Assembly: GCA_030425645.1 (NCBI GenBank)
Contig: JAUHZK010000007.1
Coordinates: 91,116-155,115, forward strand
Reading direction: 5' to 3'
DNA from: Gammaproteobacteria bacterium
Lineage (GTDB): Bacteria; Pseudomonadota; Gammaproteobacteria; JAPPPA01
DNA: 64,000 nt
The notes below the pieces were generated by a model. The model did not search any database. It saw nothing but the letters and a program-made list of their open reading frames with translations, and was not told where the DNA came from. A program made the translations under genes and the position numbers. Of this stretch, positions 8,751 through 18,999 are shown piece after piece. The number at the start of each line of letters is the position of its first letter. The first letter of the stretch is position 1.

Positions 8751-10079
8751 ATGAACACAACACAAAACATTGCCATTATTGGCAGCGGTATCTCTGGCCT
8801 CGTTAGCGCCTACGTTCTTAGCAGCCAACACAAGGTCACCGTATTTGAGGCAGGTAGCTACGCTGGCGGCCACACCAACACCATCGACGTCGAAGAAAAC
8901 GGCAAGAACCTTGCCGTGGATACCGGATTTATCGTCTTTAACAACCGTACCTACCCCAACTTTATCCAGCTGCTAGACCAGTTAGGCGTGGGTAGCCAAG
9001 AAACAAACATGAGCTTTTCGGTTGCCGAGCCTCCCGGCAGCCCACGCAGCGGTTTTGAATATGCCAGCCATGTGCGTGGCTTAGTAGCCCGCAAGCGCAA
9101 CCTGATTGACCCGGACTTTCTACGCATGTTGCGTGACAAATTCCGCTTCGACGCCCTATGCAAAAAAGCACTGAAGGAAAACCCAGACGCGCTTAACGAA
9201 CTGACGCTTGGTGAATTCTTAGACCAGCACAAATTTTCTGAGGCTTTTGCGCGTTATTACATCTTGCCAATGGCCGCTGCCGTTTGGTCGGCGCCACTAG
9301 GCGAAATAACCGACTACCCGATGCTGACGCTAACGACCTTCCTCAGCAATCACGGCCTACTTGGCGTTAATGACGCCCCAACTTGGCGTGTCGTTAACGG
9401 CGGCTCGCGCGAGTATGTCCGCGCACTGCTAAAAAGTTTTGACGGCGAACTAAAGCTGAATACGCCGGTGACCGCCGTCAAACGCCATAAGAATAAAGTT
9501 GTTGTTGAGTCTAGTGCCGGCAAGCAAAGCTTTGACCACGTTATCTTCGCCTGTCACAGCGACCAAGCTCTCGACTTGCTGGCCGACGCCAGCAAGACCG
9601 AACGCGAGGTTTTGGGCGATATCGAGTACCAAGCCAATGAAGCGGCGTTACATACCGACACCCGCTTACTGCCAAGCCGTAAAAACGCACACGCAGCTTG
9701 GAACTACCAGCTGCCGCTTGGCGACTCACCACGCGCCACCCTCACCTACAACATGAATGTGCTGCAAAACCTGCAAAGCAAAAAAACCTACTGCGTCACC
9801 CTCAACCAAACTGACGATATCGATCCAGACAGCATTATTCGCCGGATTGACTACGCACACCCCATTTACAACCGCAAAAGTGTTGCCGCGCAGTCACGCT
9901 GGCGCGAAATATCTGGCCTAGAACAGCGCACCCACTTCTGCGGCGCCTACTGGTTTTACGGTTTCCACGAAGATGGCACCCGCAGCGGTCTGCGCGTATG
10001 CCAAGACTTTGGCCTCAGCCTACGAGACCGCGCCGCGGCTGAGCCCTCTAGCCTAATGGCAGACAATCATGCAGCCTAA
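8751..10079 (+). CDS. COG2907 FAD-dependent oxidoreductase (UfaD-like fatty acid desaturase)
   Basis: IAIIGSGISGL, GGHTNT, VDTGFIVFNNRTYPNF, FCGAYWFYGFHEDG. Start moved to ATG 8751. Confidence 0.88.
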   Translation: MNTTQNIAIIGSGISGLVSAYVLSSQHKVTVFEAGSYAGGHTNTIDVEENGKNLAVDTGFIVFNNRTYPNFIQLLDQLGVGSQETNMSFSVAEPPGSPRSGFEYASHVRGLVARKRNLIDPDFLRMLRDKFRFDALCKKALKENPDALNELTLGEFLDQHKFSEAFARYYILPMAAAVWSAPLGEITDYPMLTLTTFLSNHGLLGVNDAPTWRVVNGGSREYVRALLKSFDGELKLNTPVTAVKRHKNKVVVESSAGKQSFDHVIFACHSDQALDLLADASKTEREVLGDIEYQANEAALHTDTRLLPSRKNAHAAWNYQLPLGDSPRATLTYNMNVLQNLQSKKTYCVTLNQTDDIDPDSIIRRIDYAHPIYNRKSVAAQSRWREISGLEQRTHFCGAYWFYGFHEDGTRSGLRVCQDFGLSLRDRAAAEPSSLMADNHAA

Positions 10080-10860
10080 ACTCGGCATCGGCACCGTGCG
10101 ACACCGCCGCGGCAGCGCCCAACCAGACGCGACACAACATGCATTTAGCTATCCGTTGTTTATGCCGCTGCTGGATTTGGACCACGTTGCAGAAACGCTA
10201 TCTGCCAGCTCGTGGTGGTCAGTGGAAAAACCCAATATCGCCAGCCATCGTCGCGCTGACTATTTGGGTGACGAGCGCATACCACTAAAGCAAGCGGTAC
10301 TTGACGAAGTCGAAAAACAGCTCGGCTTTCGTCCTAATGGCCAAGTACTGCAGCTGGCTCACGCCCGTTATTTTGGGCACAACTTTAATCCGATTGCGCT
10401 GTATTTTTGTTTCGATCAGGAACAGCAGTTGCAAGCCTGCTTGGCAGAAGTGAACAACATTCCCTGGCGAGAGCAAACCTGTTACGCCATGCCGGTTAAC
10501 AACGAAACCAATCGCCGCGATCGCTGGACATGGACGCATCGAAACGACAAAAACCTGCATGTCTCGCCATTTATGCCAATGGACATGGAATACCGCTGGC
10601 GCGTCAAATTAAGTGACAACCGCCTCGTGGTGCACATCGAAAATTGGCAGCAGATAGAAGACTCGAAGCGCGAACAAAAACAGTTCGACGCCACTCTGCA
10701 ACTCGAGCTGCATCAGATCACCCCACAACGCCTACGCAGTGTGCTGTGGCGCTACCCCGCCATGACCGCCAAGGTCGTTGGCGCGATCCACTGGCAAGCC
10801 CTAAAGCTATGGCTTAATGGCGTGCCCTATATCCCCAAACCACAGCAGGCGCCGCATTAA
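10069..10860 (+). CDS. DUF1365 family protein (UfaO-like)
   Basis: GTVRHRR, HAFSYP, FNPIALYFC, AEVNN.PW.E, HVSPFM, IHWQALKLW. Overlaps the upstream gene. Confidence 0.88.
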   Translation: MQPKLGIGTVRHRRGSAQPDATQHAFSYPLFMPLLDLDHVAETLSASSWWSVEKPNIASHRRADYLGDERIPLKQAVLDEVEKQLGFRPNGQVLQLAHARYFGHNFNPIALYFCFDQEQQLQACLAEVNNIPWREQTCYAMPVNNETNRRDRWTWTHRNDKNLHVSPFMPMDMEYRWRVKLSDNRLVVHIENWQQIEDSKREQKQFDATLQLELHQITPQRLRSVLWRYPAMTAKVVGAIHWQALKLWLNGVPYIPKPQQAPH

Positions 10861-10896
10861 GCAGCACTGCAATCCATTACTTTACGAGGAACCATT

Positions 10897-12234
10897 ATGG
10901 CCACTCTAGTTAACCCTCAGCAGCACAACAACAAAGTTGCACACAGCAGCGCAAAAGCACAGGCAAAACCTTCCCTGCTGCCCGCCAAACAAGTCCTATT
11001 AAAACGACTAGGCGCAAAACTACGCCAACCTATGAACGCTGCGCTAGAACATATCGAATGGGGCACACTCAGTGTCCTCACACCCAACGGCCAGCATTTC
11101 ACCGCGGGTAACGGCTCACCCGATCAACCGGCCGCCACCGTGCAGATTCACGATGATCGCTTTTACGCTCTACTGGCATTGGAAAAAGACATTGGCGCCG
11201 GCCGTGCCTACGCCAACGGTTACTGGAGCAGTAGCGATTTATATCAAGCACTGCGCATCTTTTTACACAACGAAGATGCCCTAAACCAACTACAGGGACA
11301 GTTCAGCTGGGCCACCAGTGGCCTCTATCGCTTACTGCACAAACTTAACGCGAATAGCCAACGCCAAGCCAAAGACAACATCAGCGCCCATTACGATTTA
11401 GGTAATGATTTTTTTAGCGCCTGGTTAGACCCTCGCATGATGTACAGCTCGGCTGTTTATAGTCATGAAAACGCCTCGCTAGAAACCGCTCAGCTGGAAA
11501 AGATTGATCGCATCTGCCGCAAGCTACGACTAAAGCCCGGCCAAACCGTATTGGAAATTGGCACGGGTTGGGGCGGCTTTGCCATTCATGCGGCACGCAA
11601 ATACGGCGTTCACGTCACCACCACGACCATCTCCAAAGAGCAGCACAGCTATGCCCAGCAAGCCATAAAAGACGCCAAGCTGGAAGACAAAATCACCCTA
11701 CTGCTACAAGACTATCGAGAACTAGAAGGCCAATTTGATGCCGTAGTGTCGATAGAAATGGTCGAAGCCGTTGGCTACGAATACTTTGATAGCTACACCA
11801 GCACCATTAGTCGCTGCCTAAAAGCAGACGGCCAAGCGCTGATTCAAGCCATCACCATTCCAGACAACCGCTTTGACAGCTATAAACGCGACACCGACTT
11901 TATTAAGCACTTTATTTTCCCCGGCGGCTGCCTGCCATCAGTCAGCGCGCTGCTAGAAAGCTTTGCCAAGTCCGGTGATATGCGCAGCTACCACATGGAA
12001 GATTTTGGCCCACATTACGCCACCACCTTATTGGAGTGGAACCGCCGCTTTAAAGACAAACTACCCAGTATGAAACAGCGCTACCAAAGCCCTTGGTTCG
12101 CGCGCATCTGGGAGTTTTACTTAGTGGTCTGCGCAGCGCTATTTACCGAGCACAAATGCGGTCTCGTGCAACTGCACTTACTGAAAGCCGACGCTCGTCC
12201 AGAGCCGGTGTTAATGGAGCAGCTACCCGCTTAA
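10897..12234 (+). CDS. cfa: Cyclopropane-fatty-acyl-phospholipid synthase family methyltransferase (UfaM-like)
   Basis: NISAHYDLGNDFF, MMYSSA, VLEIGTGWGG, SIEMVEAVG, FIFPGGCLPS. Confidence 0.88.
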   Translation: MATLVNPQQHNNKVAHSSAKAQAKPSLLPAKQVLLKRLGAKLRQPMNAALEHIEWGTLSVLTPNGQHFTAGNGSPDQPAATVQIHDDRFYALLALEKDIGAGRAYANGYWSSSDLYQALRIFLHNEDALNQLQGQFSWATSGLYRLLHKLNANSQRQAKDNISAHYDLGNDFFSAWLDPRMMYSSAVYSHENASLETAQLEKIDRICRKLRLKPGQTVLEIGTGWGGFAIHAARKYGVHVTTTTISKEQHSYAQQAIKDAKLEDKITLLLQDYRELEGQFDAVVSIEMVEAVGYEYFDSYTSTISRCLKADGQALIQAITIPDNRFDSYKRDTDFIKHFIFPGGCLPSVSALLESFAKSGDMRSYHMEDFGPHYATTLLEWNRRFKDKLPSMKQRYQSPWFARIWEFYLVVCAALFTEHKCGLVQLHLLKADARPEPVLMEQLPA

Positions 12235-12245
12235 AGGACAGCAAA

Positions 12246-13697
12246 ATGAGTACCACCATTGTTTGGTTCCGGCGCGATCTGCGCCTAACCCATAACCCTG
12301 CGCTCGCAGCTGCCGCAGAACGCGGCAGCGTAGTGCCGGTGTATATCCACGCTCCCGACGAAGAAGCCCCGTGGCAACCCGGCGCCGCTAGCCGCTGGTG
12401 GAACCACCACAGCCTCAGCGCCTTGCAACGCAGCCTTAAGGCGCAAGGCGTCAATCTCACCATTCGCAGCGGCGATAGCTTCGAGCAACTGCAACAAATC
12501 ATTCAGGAAACCGGCGCCACCTCAGTGGTCTGGAACCGCCTTTACGAACCCGCCATTATTGAGCGCGACAGCCGTATTAAAGCCCAGCTTAGCGATAGCG
12601 GCATTCACTGCCAAAGCTTTAACGCCAACCTGTTGTTTGAGCCGTGGCAGATAGAAAACAAAAGCGGCCAACCCTTCAGAGTATTCACGCCCTATTGGAA
12701 AACCTGCCTGGCACGCTTACAAGCCTGCGAAACCCGTATCCAAGCCGCACCAAAGCTGGTAGCACTTGAAGGCAAAGCACTCAAAAGCCAAACGCTAGAC
12801 GAGCTAAAACTGCTTCCAACACTCAACTGGGATGCCAGCTTCTACGACCACTGGCAACCGGGCGAAGCTGGCGCCATGGCAGCGCTGCAAAGTTTTAAGC
12901 AAGACTGTCTTAGCAGCTACAAACGCGATCGTGATTTCCCCGGTTTAGATTGCAGCTCCAAGCTATCACCGCATCTGCATTTCGGCGAGATTAGCCCTTG
13001 GCAAATTTGGGCGGCGATTTCTCAATTACCGCCTACGCACAATGAAAGCGAAGAAAACAGCCGCAAGCACTTTATGTCAGAAATCGGCTGGCGCGAGTTT
13101 GCTCACCACCTGCTATATCACTTCCCCTTTACCACCACAGAACCGCTTAACGCCAAATACAAGGCCATGCCGTGGTGGCGAAGTGGTGCATCCAGCGCCA
13201 TTGAACTACCTCACCAAGTAGACGCAGCCAAGCACCTAAAACGGTGGCAGCAAGGCAACACCGGCGTCAGCCTAGTCGACGCCGGTATGCAACAACTCTG
13301 GCAAAGCGGCTGGATGCATAACCGTGTGCGTATGGTGGTCGCCAGCTTACTCACCAAAAATATGGGCATTCATTGGCTAGAAGGCGCGCATTGGTTTTGG
13401 GACACCTTGGTTGACGCCGATCTCGCCTGCAACAGTCTTGGCTGGCAATGGGCCGCCGGCTGCGGCGCCGATGCCGCGCCCTACTTCCGTATTTTTAACC
13501 CAAATACCCAGGCCGCTCGTTTCGACGAACCCGGCAGCTATCGCAGCCAATGGCTTGGCGCCGACTGGCAACAGCGTGAAAGCTGCATCGACCTCAAAAG
13601 CAGTCGCCAACACGCGCTCGAAGCCTACGAACATATACGCCAGTTAGACGCACCACCGCCAAAGCCGAGAGGTAACTCCAATGCATCCCTGGCTTAG
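12246..13697 (+). CDS. phrB: Deoxyribodipyrimidine photolyase (class I/III CPD photolyase)
   Basis: WFRRDLRL..NPAL, SKLSPHLHFGEIS, GWMHNRVRM, LVDAD..N..GWQW. Start moved to ATG 12246 with AAGGA RBS. Confidence 0.93.
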   Translation: MSTTIVWFRRDLRLTHNPALAAAAERGSVVPVYIHAPDEEAPWQPGAASRWWNHHSLSALQRSLKAQGVNLTIRSGDSFEQLQQIIQETGATSVVWNRLYEPAIIERDSRIKAQLSDSGIHCQSFNANLLFEPWQIENKSGQPFRVFTPYWKTCLARLQACETRIQAAPKLVALEGKALKSQTLDELKLLPTLNWDASFYDHWQPGEAGAMAALQSFKQDCLSSYKRDRDFPGLDCSSKLSPHLHFGEISPWQIWAAISQLPPTHNESEENSRKHFMSEIGWREFAHHLLYHFPFTTTEPLNAKYKAMPWWRSGASSAIELPHQVDAAKHLKRWQQGNTGVSLVDAGMQQLWQSGWMHNRVRMVVASLLTKNMGIHWLEGAHWFWDTLVDADLACNSLGWQWAAGCGADAAPYFRIFNPNTQAARFDEPGSYRSQWLGADWQQRESCIDLKSSRQHALEAYEHIRQLDAPPPKPRGNSNASLA

Positions 13698-13956
13698 ACG
13701 TAAACACCGCTCCAATCAAAAAACGGCAGCACAGCGTGAGTCGTCCCAAAGCGAAACTAGGCAGTCGACAGCGGCGTACCACGCGCCCGGCACCGAGGCC
13801 CCTAGCCATATTAACCAGCAAAAAAAACGCCGACGCGATGTAAAGCAATTACTCACCAATCATTGGGATTTAGACACCCTGACACGCGAGCAACTTGAAG
13901 AAGCTCTCGGCCTCCTCGTTGACCTCAATGACAAACCGTCCAATAGAGAGACATGA
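13681..13956 (+). CDS. Small hypothetical protein
   Basis: ATG overlaps the phrB end with GAGAGG upstream. Followed by a GC hairpin (about 13964-13990). No recognisable motif. Confidence 0.35.
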   Translation: MHPWLRRKHRSNQKTAAQRESSQSETRQSTAAYHAPGTEAPSHINQQKKRRRDVKQLLTNHWDLDTLTREQLEEALGLLVDLNDKPSNRET

Positions 13957-13996
13957 GCACATCGCCGGGCGCAATCGCAGCACGCCCGGCCGCTAT

Positions 13997-14686
13997 TTAG
14001 TAGGCCAACGCCGTACCATCCCAATGCAACAAACGGCCGCTATCGGCGGCTTTTAAAGCATTCGCCACTGCTAACAAACGCCGCGCGCTGCGTTCTGGGC
14101 TGAACAGCCTATCCTCGGGCAGTCGCTTGGTGAATGGCGCCGACAAAGCCGTATCCGTGGTACCCGGGTGCGCCGCGGCAACCGACCAATTAGGTCGCGT
14201 ACGCGACCATTCAATAGCAACGTTTTTTATACCCATATTCAAGGCCGCTTTCGACATGCGGTAGCTATACCAGCCACCAATACGGTTGTCGTTAATCGAG
14301 CCCACCATGGCCGACAAGGCCAACACCTTAAGCTTTATTTGCGGCGACATCGCTTGTTCCAATTGCTGCAACAAATACAGATGCGCGGTGCAGTTCAGGG
14401 CTAAGTTCTGCGCTAGATATTCAGCGTCAAATTCCCCCAAACGCTTCTCCGGTTCCATCTGCGAGTTATGCAACACGCCGCTGCAGCTAATAACCGTGTC
14501 GATATTTCTTACTGACAACCAATCGCCGACCGATTGCGGCTCTTGCAACAGGCTAGCGTGCAGCGTTTCCACACCGGCAATTTCTCGCTGTGAGCTAATG
14601 GCATATACCTGATGGCCTTCGCTTCTGGCCTCATTCACAAGCGCCGAACCAATGCCGCCGGCGGCACCTACTACTAATAATTTCAT
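13997..14686 (-). CDS. CsgA/C-factor-like short-chain dehydrogenase
   Basis: GAAGGIG, PEKRL, SAMVGSINDNRIGGWYSYRMSKAALNM, HPGTTDTALS.PF. Confidence 0.9.
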   Translation of the reverse strand: MKLLVVGAAGGIGSALVNEARSEGHQVYAISSQREIAGVETLHASLLQEPQSVGDWLSVRNIDTVISCSGVLHNSQMEPEKRLGEFDAEYLAQNLALNCTAHLYLLQQLEQAMSPQIKLKVLALSAMVGSINDNRIGGWYSYRMSKAALNMGIKNVAIEWSRTRPNWSVAAAHPGTTDTALSAPFTKRLPEDRLFSPERSARRLLAVANALKAADSGRLLHWDGTALAY

Positions 14687-14695
14687 CGTTTTCCT

Positions 14696-14842
14696 CTAAG
14701 GCTGACAACTGGGCGCGGCTGAGCGCCGCCCACGGCAACGCTTTGAACAATATTTAACGGCCTCCCAGTCACGACGCCATTTCTTGCGCCAGCTAAAAGA
14801 CCGCTTGCAAATCACACAGGTTTTTATTGGCTTCCGTTTCAT
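14696..14842 (-). CDS. DUF2256-family small Cys-rich protein (48 aa, not in ORF track)
   Basis: Manual translation [48 protein letters not shown] shows the KxCxxCxRxFxWRKKW..W..VKYCSxRC signature. Confidence 0.85.
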   Translation of the reverse strand: MKRKPIKTCVICKRSFSWRKKWRRDWEAVKYCSKRCRGRRSAAPSCQP

Positions 14843-14990
14843 TTACAGCCCCAAAAACCCCAAAAATATATACATATTCATTTCAAAACGTCAGTTTGTT
14901 GAAATAAATTGCCACAAAAACTGGACTAAGTCTAATTTTTGTATAAAAATCTCGGTAAATTAATTGCAAATACTTACACAAGGATTAGAC

Positions 14991-17360
14991 ATGAATAGCG
15001 TTTTAGTCGTAACCATCGTTTCAATCGTGATTTTGTTGAGCGCGATCTGCTTAATACGCCCATTGCGCCAACAACTAATCACCCGCCCAATATTCAACGG
15101 CTTCAAAGCAGTGCTACCACCCATGAGCAGCACTGAGCGCGAAGCCCTAGAAGCTGGCGACGTCTGGTGGGAAGCCGAGCTCTTTGCCGGCAAGCCCAAT
15201 TGGAAGCGCTTCAGCCAGCTAACCCCACCAACACTGACGGAAGAAGAGCAGCGCTTTTTAGACCACGAAACCGAGCAGCTTTGCGCCATGCTCGACGAGT
15301 GGGAGATCACTCATGACCGTAACGATCTGCCCCCTACCGTGTGGCAATTTATTCGCGACAAGGGTTTCTTTTCACTGATCATCCCTAAGGAATTCGGCGG
15401 CAAAGCTTTTTCGCCTTACGCACAAAGCTGCATCGTTACCAAAATTGCTACGCAAAGCATTAACGCCGCCGTTACCGTCATGGTGCCTAACTCATTAGGG
15501 CCCGGCGAACTGCTGATGCATTACGGCACCCCAGAACAGCAACAACGCTGGCTGCCAGGCCTAGCTGCTGGTAAAGAGATTCCTTGTTTTGGCCTCACCA
15601 GCCCCGAAGCCGGCTCGGATGCGGGCGCCATTCCCGACATTGGCACCGTATGCATGGGCAGCCACGGCGGCAAACGCCAACTCGGTATTCGCCTAAACTT
15701 TGCTAAGCGTTGGATTACCCTAGCGCCAGTCGCCACAGTAGTTGGTTTAGCCTTTAAGTTGCGCGACCCAGATGGGCTGCTGGGCGACAGCGACAAGGTG
15801 GATTACGACATCACCTGCGCTTTAATTCCTGCCAACCATCGCGGCGTAGAAATTGGCCGCCGACATTATCCGGGCGCGTTTATGAACGGCCCCATTAACG
15901 GCAAAGACGTATTTATCCCTATTGATTGGATTATTGGCGGCCGCGACAACGCTGGCAAAGGCTGGCGCATGCTCATGGAATGCCTGTCGGTTGGCCGCGG
16001 TATTTCGCTGCCTGCGCTGGGTGCAGCGGCTTCTAAAGTCAGCTACCGCACCACCGGTGCTTACAGCCGCATTCGTCGCCAGTTCAATACTTCTATTGGC
16101 CAGTTTGAAGGCGTCAAAGAAGCCACCGCGCGTATCGCTGGCCTCAGCTACACGCTGGAGGCCATGCGCCAGATGGTCTGCAGCGGTTTAGAAGAATGTT
16201 CACCGCCAGTGGTCTCAGCCATTGCCAAATACCATATGACTGAAATGATGCGCACCGTGATGAATGACGCCATGGATGTTCACGGCGGACGCGCCATTCA
16301 ACTTGGGCCACGCAATTATTTGGCCGCGGCTTACCAAGCCATTCCGATTGCCATTACTGTTGAAGGCGCCAACATTCTCACCCGTTCATTGATGATCTTT
16401 GGCCAGGGCGCGGTGCGCTGCCACCCTTATGTATTCGATGAAATGGAAGCAGCTCGCAACCCTGACAGCAAACAGGGCTTGCGGGACTTTGACCGCGTAT
16501 TTTGGCGCCATATCGGCTATAGCATTGCTAGAACCGTGCGCGCCTTCGGCCTAGGAATCAGCGCTGCGCGCTTTAGCAAAACCGCTGATTTCTCTAATCA
16601 GCAAGCATTTAAGCGACACTATCAACGCATTAACCAGCTGAGCGCAAGTCTCGCCTTTACCGCCGATTTAGCCATGGCTTTACTAGGCGGCGACCTTAAA
16701 CGCCGAGAGTTACTCTCTGCGCGCCTAGGCGATATGCTTTCACAGCTCTTTATCGCGACTGCGGTATTGCGCCACCATGCGCACGCAAAAGCACAAGGCG
16801 AGACTAACGACCAACATGCCGAATGGGCCGTTAACCATGCCTTGTTCCAGGCACAAGAAGCCTTTATCGCTTTCTGTGACAACTTTCCTAAGGCCGCTAT
16901 TGGCCGCATTATCAAACGCATTGGTCTGCCACTTGGACGTTTTGCCAAAGCCCCTAGCGACGAGCTCACCAATCGAGTCGGCAACAGCATTATGCAAGCC
17001 ACCCCGGTACGCGACGAAGTTAGCTTCCCGGCCTATATCACCGAGAACCGCAATGACGCCAGAGGCCGTGTAGAACATACCTTTCGCAACCTATTGGCGA
17101 CAGAGCCGACTTATCTGCGCGTATTGGCAGCAGTGCGTCGCGGCGATTTAAACGGCGAAAACTTTGACATACAACTCAAACAAGCCCTCGCCGCCAACCT
17201 CATTAGCGCCGATGAGGCTTTGCAACTGTCGCACTACGACCGCGTCCGTCAGGACTGCCTGCTAACCGATGCCTTTGACCCCGCCGCTATCAGCGGCAGG
17301 CGGCAAATACCGTCTAGCGCCCAAACCAAACTCAGACAGCGCGCTGAACAAGCCGCCTAA
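14991..17360 (+). CDS. fadE: Acyl-CoA dehydrogenase, FadE type
   Basis: LPPMSSTEREALEAGDVWWE, VMVPNSLGPGELL, CFGLTSPEAGSDA, ITVEGANILTR. Start ATG 14991 with AAGGA RBS. Confidence 0.9.
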   Translation: MNSVLVVTIVSIVILLSAICLIRPLRQQLITRPIFNGFKAVLPPMSSTEREALEAGDVWWEAELFAGKPNWKRFSQLTPPTLTEEEQRFLDHETEQLCAMLDEWEITHDRNDLPPTVWQFIRDKGFFSLIIPKEFGGKAFSPYAQSCIVTKIATQSINAAVTVMVPNSLGPGELLMHYGTPEQQQRWLPGLAAGKEIPCFGLTSPEAGSDAGAIPDIGTVCMGSHGGKRQLGIRLNFAKRWITLAPVATVVGLAFKLRDPDGLLGDSDKVDYDITCALIPANHRGVEIGRRHYPGAFMNGPINGKDVFIPIDWIIGGRDNAGKGWRMLMECLSVGRGISLPALGAAASKVSYRTTGAYSRIRRQFNTSIGQFEGVKEATARIAGLSYTLEAMRQMVCSGLEECSPPVVSAIAKYHMTEMMRTVMNDAMDVHGGRAIQLGPRNYLAAAYQAIPIAITVEGANILTRSLMIFGQGAVRCHPYVFDEMEAARNPDSKQGLRDFDRVFWRHIGYSIARTVRAFGLGISAARFSKTADFSNQQAFKRHYQRINQLSASLAFTADLAMALLGGDLKRRELLSARLGDMLSQLFIATAVLRHHAHAKAQGETNDQHAEWAVNHALFQAQEAFIAFCDNFPKAAIGRIIKRIGLPLGRFAKAPSDELTNRVGNSIMQATPVRDEVSFPAYITENRNDARGRVEHTFRNLLATEPTYLRVLAAVRRGDLNGENFDIQLKQALAANLISADEALQLSHYDRVRQDCLLTDAFDPAAISGRRQIPSSAQTKLRQRAEQAA

Positions 17361-17419
17361 ACCCAACACTTTTTAATCAACCCGCTCCGCGCAAGCGGCG
17401 CGGGGCATTGAGAAATAGC

Positions 17420-18472
17420 ATGAAACATCTTTTAAAACCGCCACAACAGAAAACACGCAACACAGTCCGCCTAGCTGAGACTGTTGTTGTCGCGGGCGGC
17501 TCTGGCTACCTAGGCCGCGCCTTAGTGCGCGAGTTATTAGCCCACGGCCATAGCGTGATGATCGCCACCCGCAACCCAAGCAAAACACTGCGACAGCCTG
17601 GCTTTCCCGTGCACCCGCGATTAGCCGTATTTGACCTACACAAGCAACCACCACATCAACCCACCGTGGTTATCAACCTATGTGGCGAAAACATTGCCGC
17701 CAAACGCTGGAGCAGCAAACGCAAACAAGTACTGATAGATTCACGCATCGACCCTACGCTACTACTGGTTAATCGCTGCAACCGCGACTGGCCACAAGTC
17801 CATAGCTTTATTAACGCCTCCGCTATCGGTTTGTATGGCGACCATGGCGATGCCTGGATTGATGAAGACAGTCGCTGCGGCAACGACTTTGCCGCCCAAC
17901 TATGTCAGCAATGGGAATTATGCTTACAACCGCTGCGGCCGGACATACGCCGCGTCCATAGCCGCCTAGGTGTGGTAATAGGCGAAGCCCGATCAGGCTC
18001 CTTTCTCGGCCGCCTGCTGCCAGCCTATCGTTTTTGCATGGGCGCCCAACTTGGCAATGGTCAGCACTGGTTCAGCTGGATACACCGACAAGACGCCGCC
18101 GCCGCGCTTTGTTTTTTAATGGAAAACTATCGCTGCCAAGGCAGCTACAACCTCTGCGCGCCGCAAGCAGTACGCCACCAACGGCTACATTACCTGATAG
18201 CCAAGGTACTCAAGCGCCCCAGTAAACTGCGCTTACCCGCGGCCGCCATTAGGCTACTGTTTGGAGAAATGGCGCAACTACTACTTTGCTCACAACGCGT
18301 CACCCCTAGACGCTTAGCCAAAGCTGGCTTTGAGTTTCAATACCCCAATCTACATGGCGCGCTGTATCACGCCATCACCGGCCGGCAGCCCATTAACGGG
18401 CTGCCGTTGCCCAAGCTTGCGCGCTTGGCAACTCAGCACAGACCTCATCATCCCGCCGCTGGAAGGCGATAG
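17420..18472 (+). CDS. TIGR01777/YfcH-family NAD-dependent epimerase-like oxidoreductase
   Basis: GGSGYLG, VINLCGENIAAKRWS...K..L.DSR, LGNGQHWFSWIH, GFEFQYP. Confidence 0.85.
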   Translation: MKHLLKPPQQKTRNTVRLAETVVVAGGSGYLGRALVRELLAHGHSVMIATRNPSKTLRQPGFPVHPRLAVFDLHKQPPHQPTVVINLCGENIAAKRWSSKRKQVLIDSRIDPTLLLVNRCNRDWPQVHSFINASAIGLYGDHGDAWIDEDSRCGNDFAAQLCQQWELCLQPLRPDIRRVHSRLGVVIGEARSGSFLGRLLPAYRFCMGAQLGNGQHWFSWIHRQDAAAALCFLMENYRCQGSYNLCAPQAVRHQRLHYLIAKVLKRPSKLRLPAAAIRLLFGEMAQLLLCSQRVTPRRLAKAGFEFQYPNLHGALYHAITGRQPINGLPLPKLARLATQHRPHHPAAGRR

Positions 18473-18995
18473 ATACTTTGCCAACCGTTATTCCAAACTT
18501 TTTTAGCAAACTGTAATTAAGCAACACGCCATCTGGCTGCAATCGCAGCCAGTCGTCTACGGTAAGCACAATATCTGAGCCTCCCCGCGGCACGCGTAGG
18601 CGGTATTTCCAGCGCAAGGTATTACCAATCACCTCGCCGCTGGCTTCGCCCTCCACATCAGCGGCAGTACCGCGGTATTGGTTTGGACTGGTTTCCTGAA
18701 TACGCCATACCCGCGTCGAGCGGCTAGCATCGTCGTAGACAAACTGCTCATCCAGAGTGAGTACGCCTCGGTCATCAATGGAGCCGTCGATATGCACTTT
18801 AAATCGCGAAGCTGGCTCACCGCGCCAGTTATCGATCACGCCCCAACCCACCACGCAGCCATCAAAATAATTGCTTAGCTCAAAGGCCGGCAATGCGCCT
18901 TCAAAGCTGGCGTGGCGCGTACTAAAGCAAGCGCTTAGTGTCGTTGCGGCCAACGCGACCAAAGCAATACGACGAACAGGGAATATTGAGAACAT
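18393..18995 (-). CDS. DUF3833 family lipoprotein
   Basis: Lipobox LSAC, YFDG...GWG, LTLDEQFVYDD..R.WRI, Y.GTAADV.GEA.G, DDW...KFGI.VG. Confidence 0.85.
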   Translation of the reverse strand: MFSIFPVRRIALVALAATTLSACFSTRHASFEGALPAFELSNYFDGCVVGWGVIDNWRGEPASRFKVHIDGSIDDRGVLTLDEQFVYDDASRSTRVWRIQETSPNQYRGTAADVEGEASGEVIGNTLRWKYRLRVPRGGSDIVLTVDDWLRLQPDGVLLNYSLLKKFGITVGKVSIAFQRRDDEVCAELPSAQAWATAAR

Positions 18996-18999
18996 GAGT

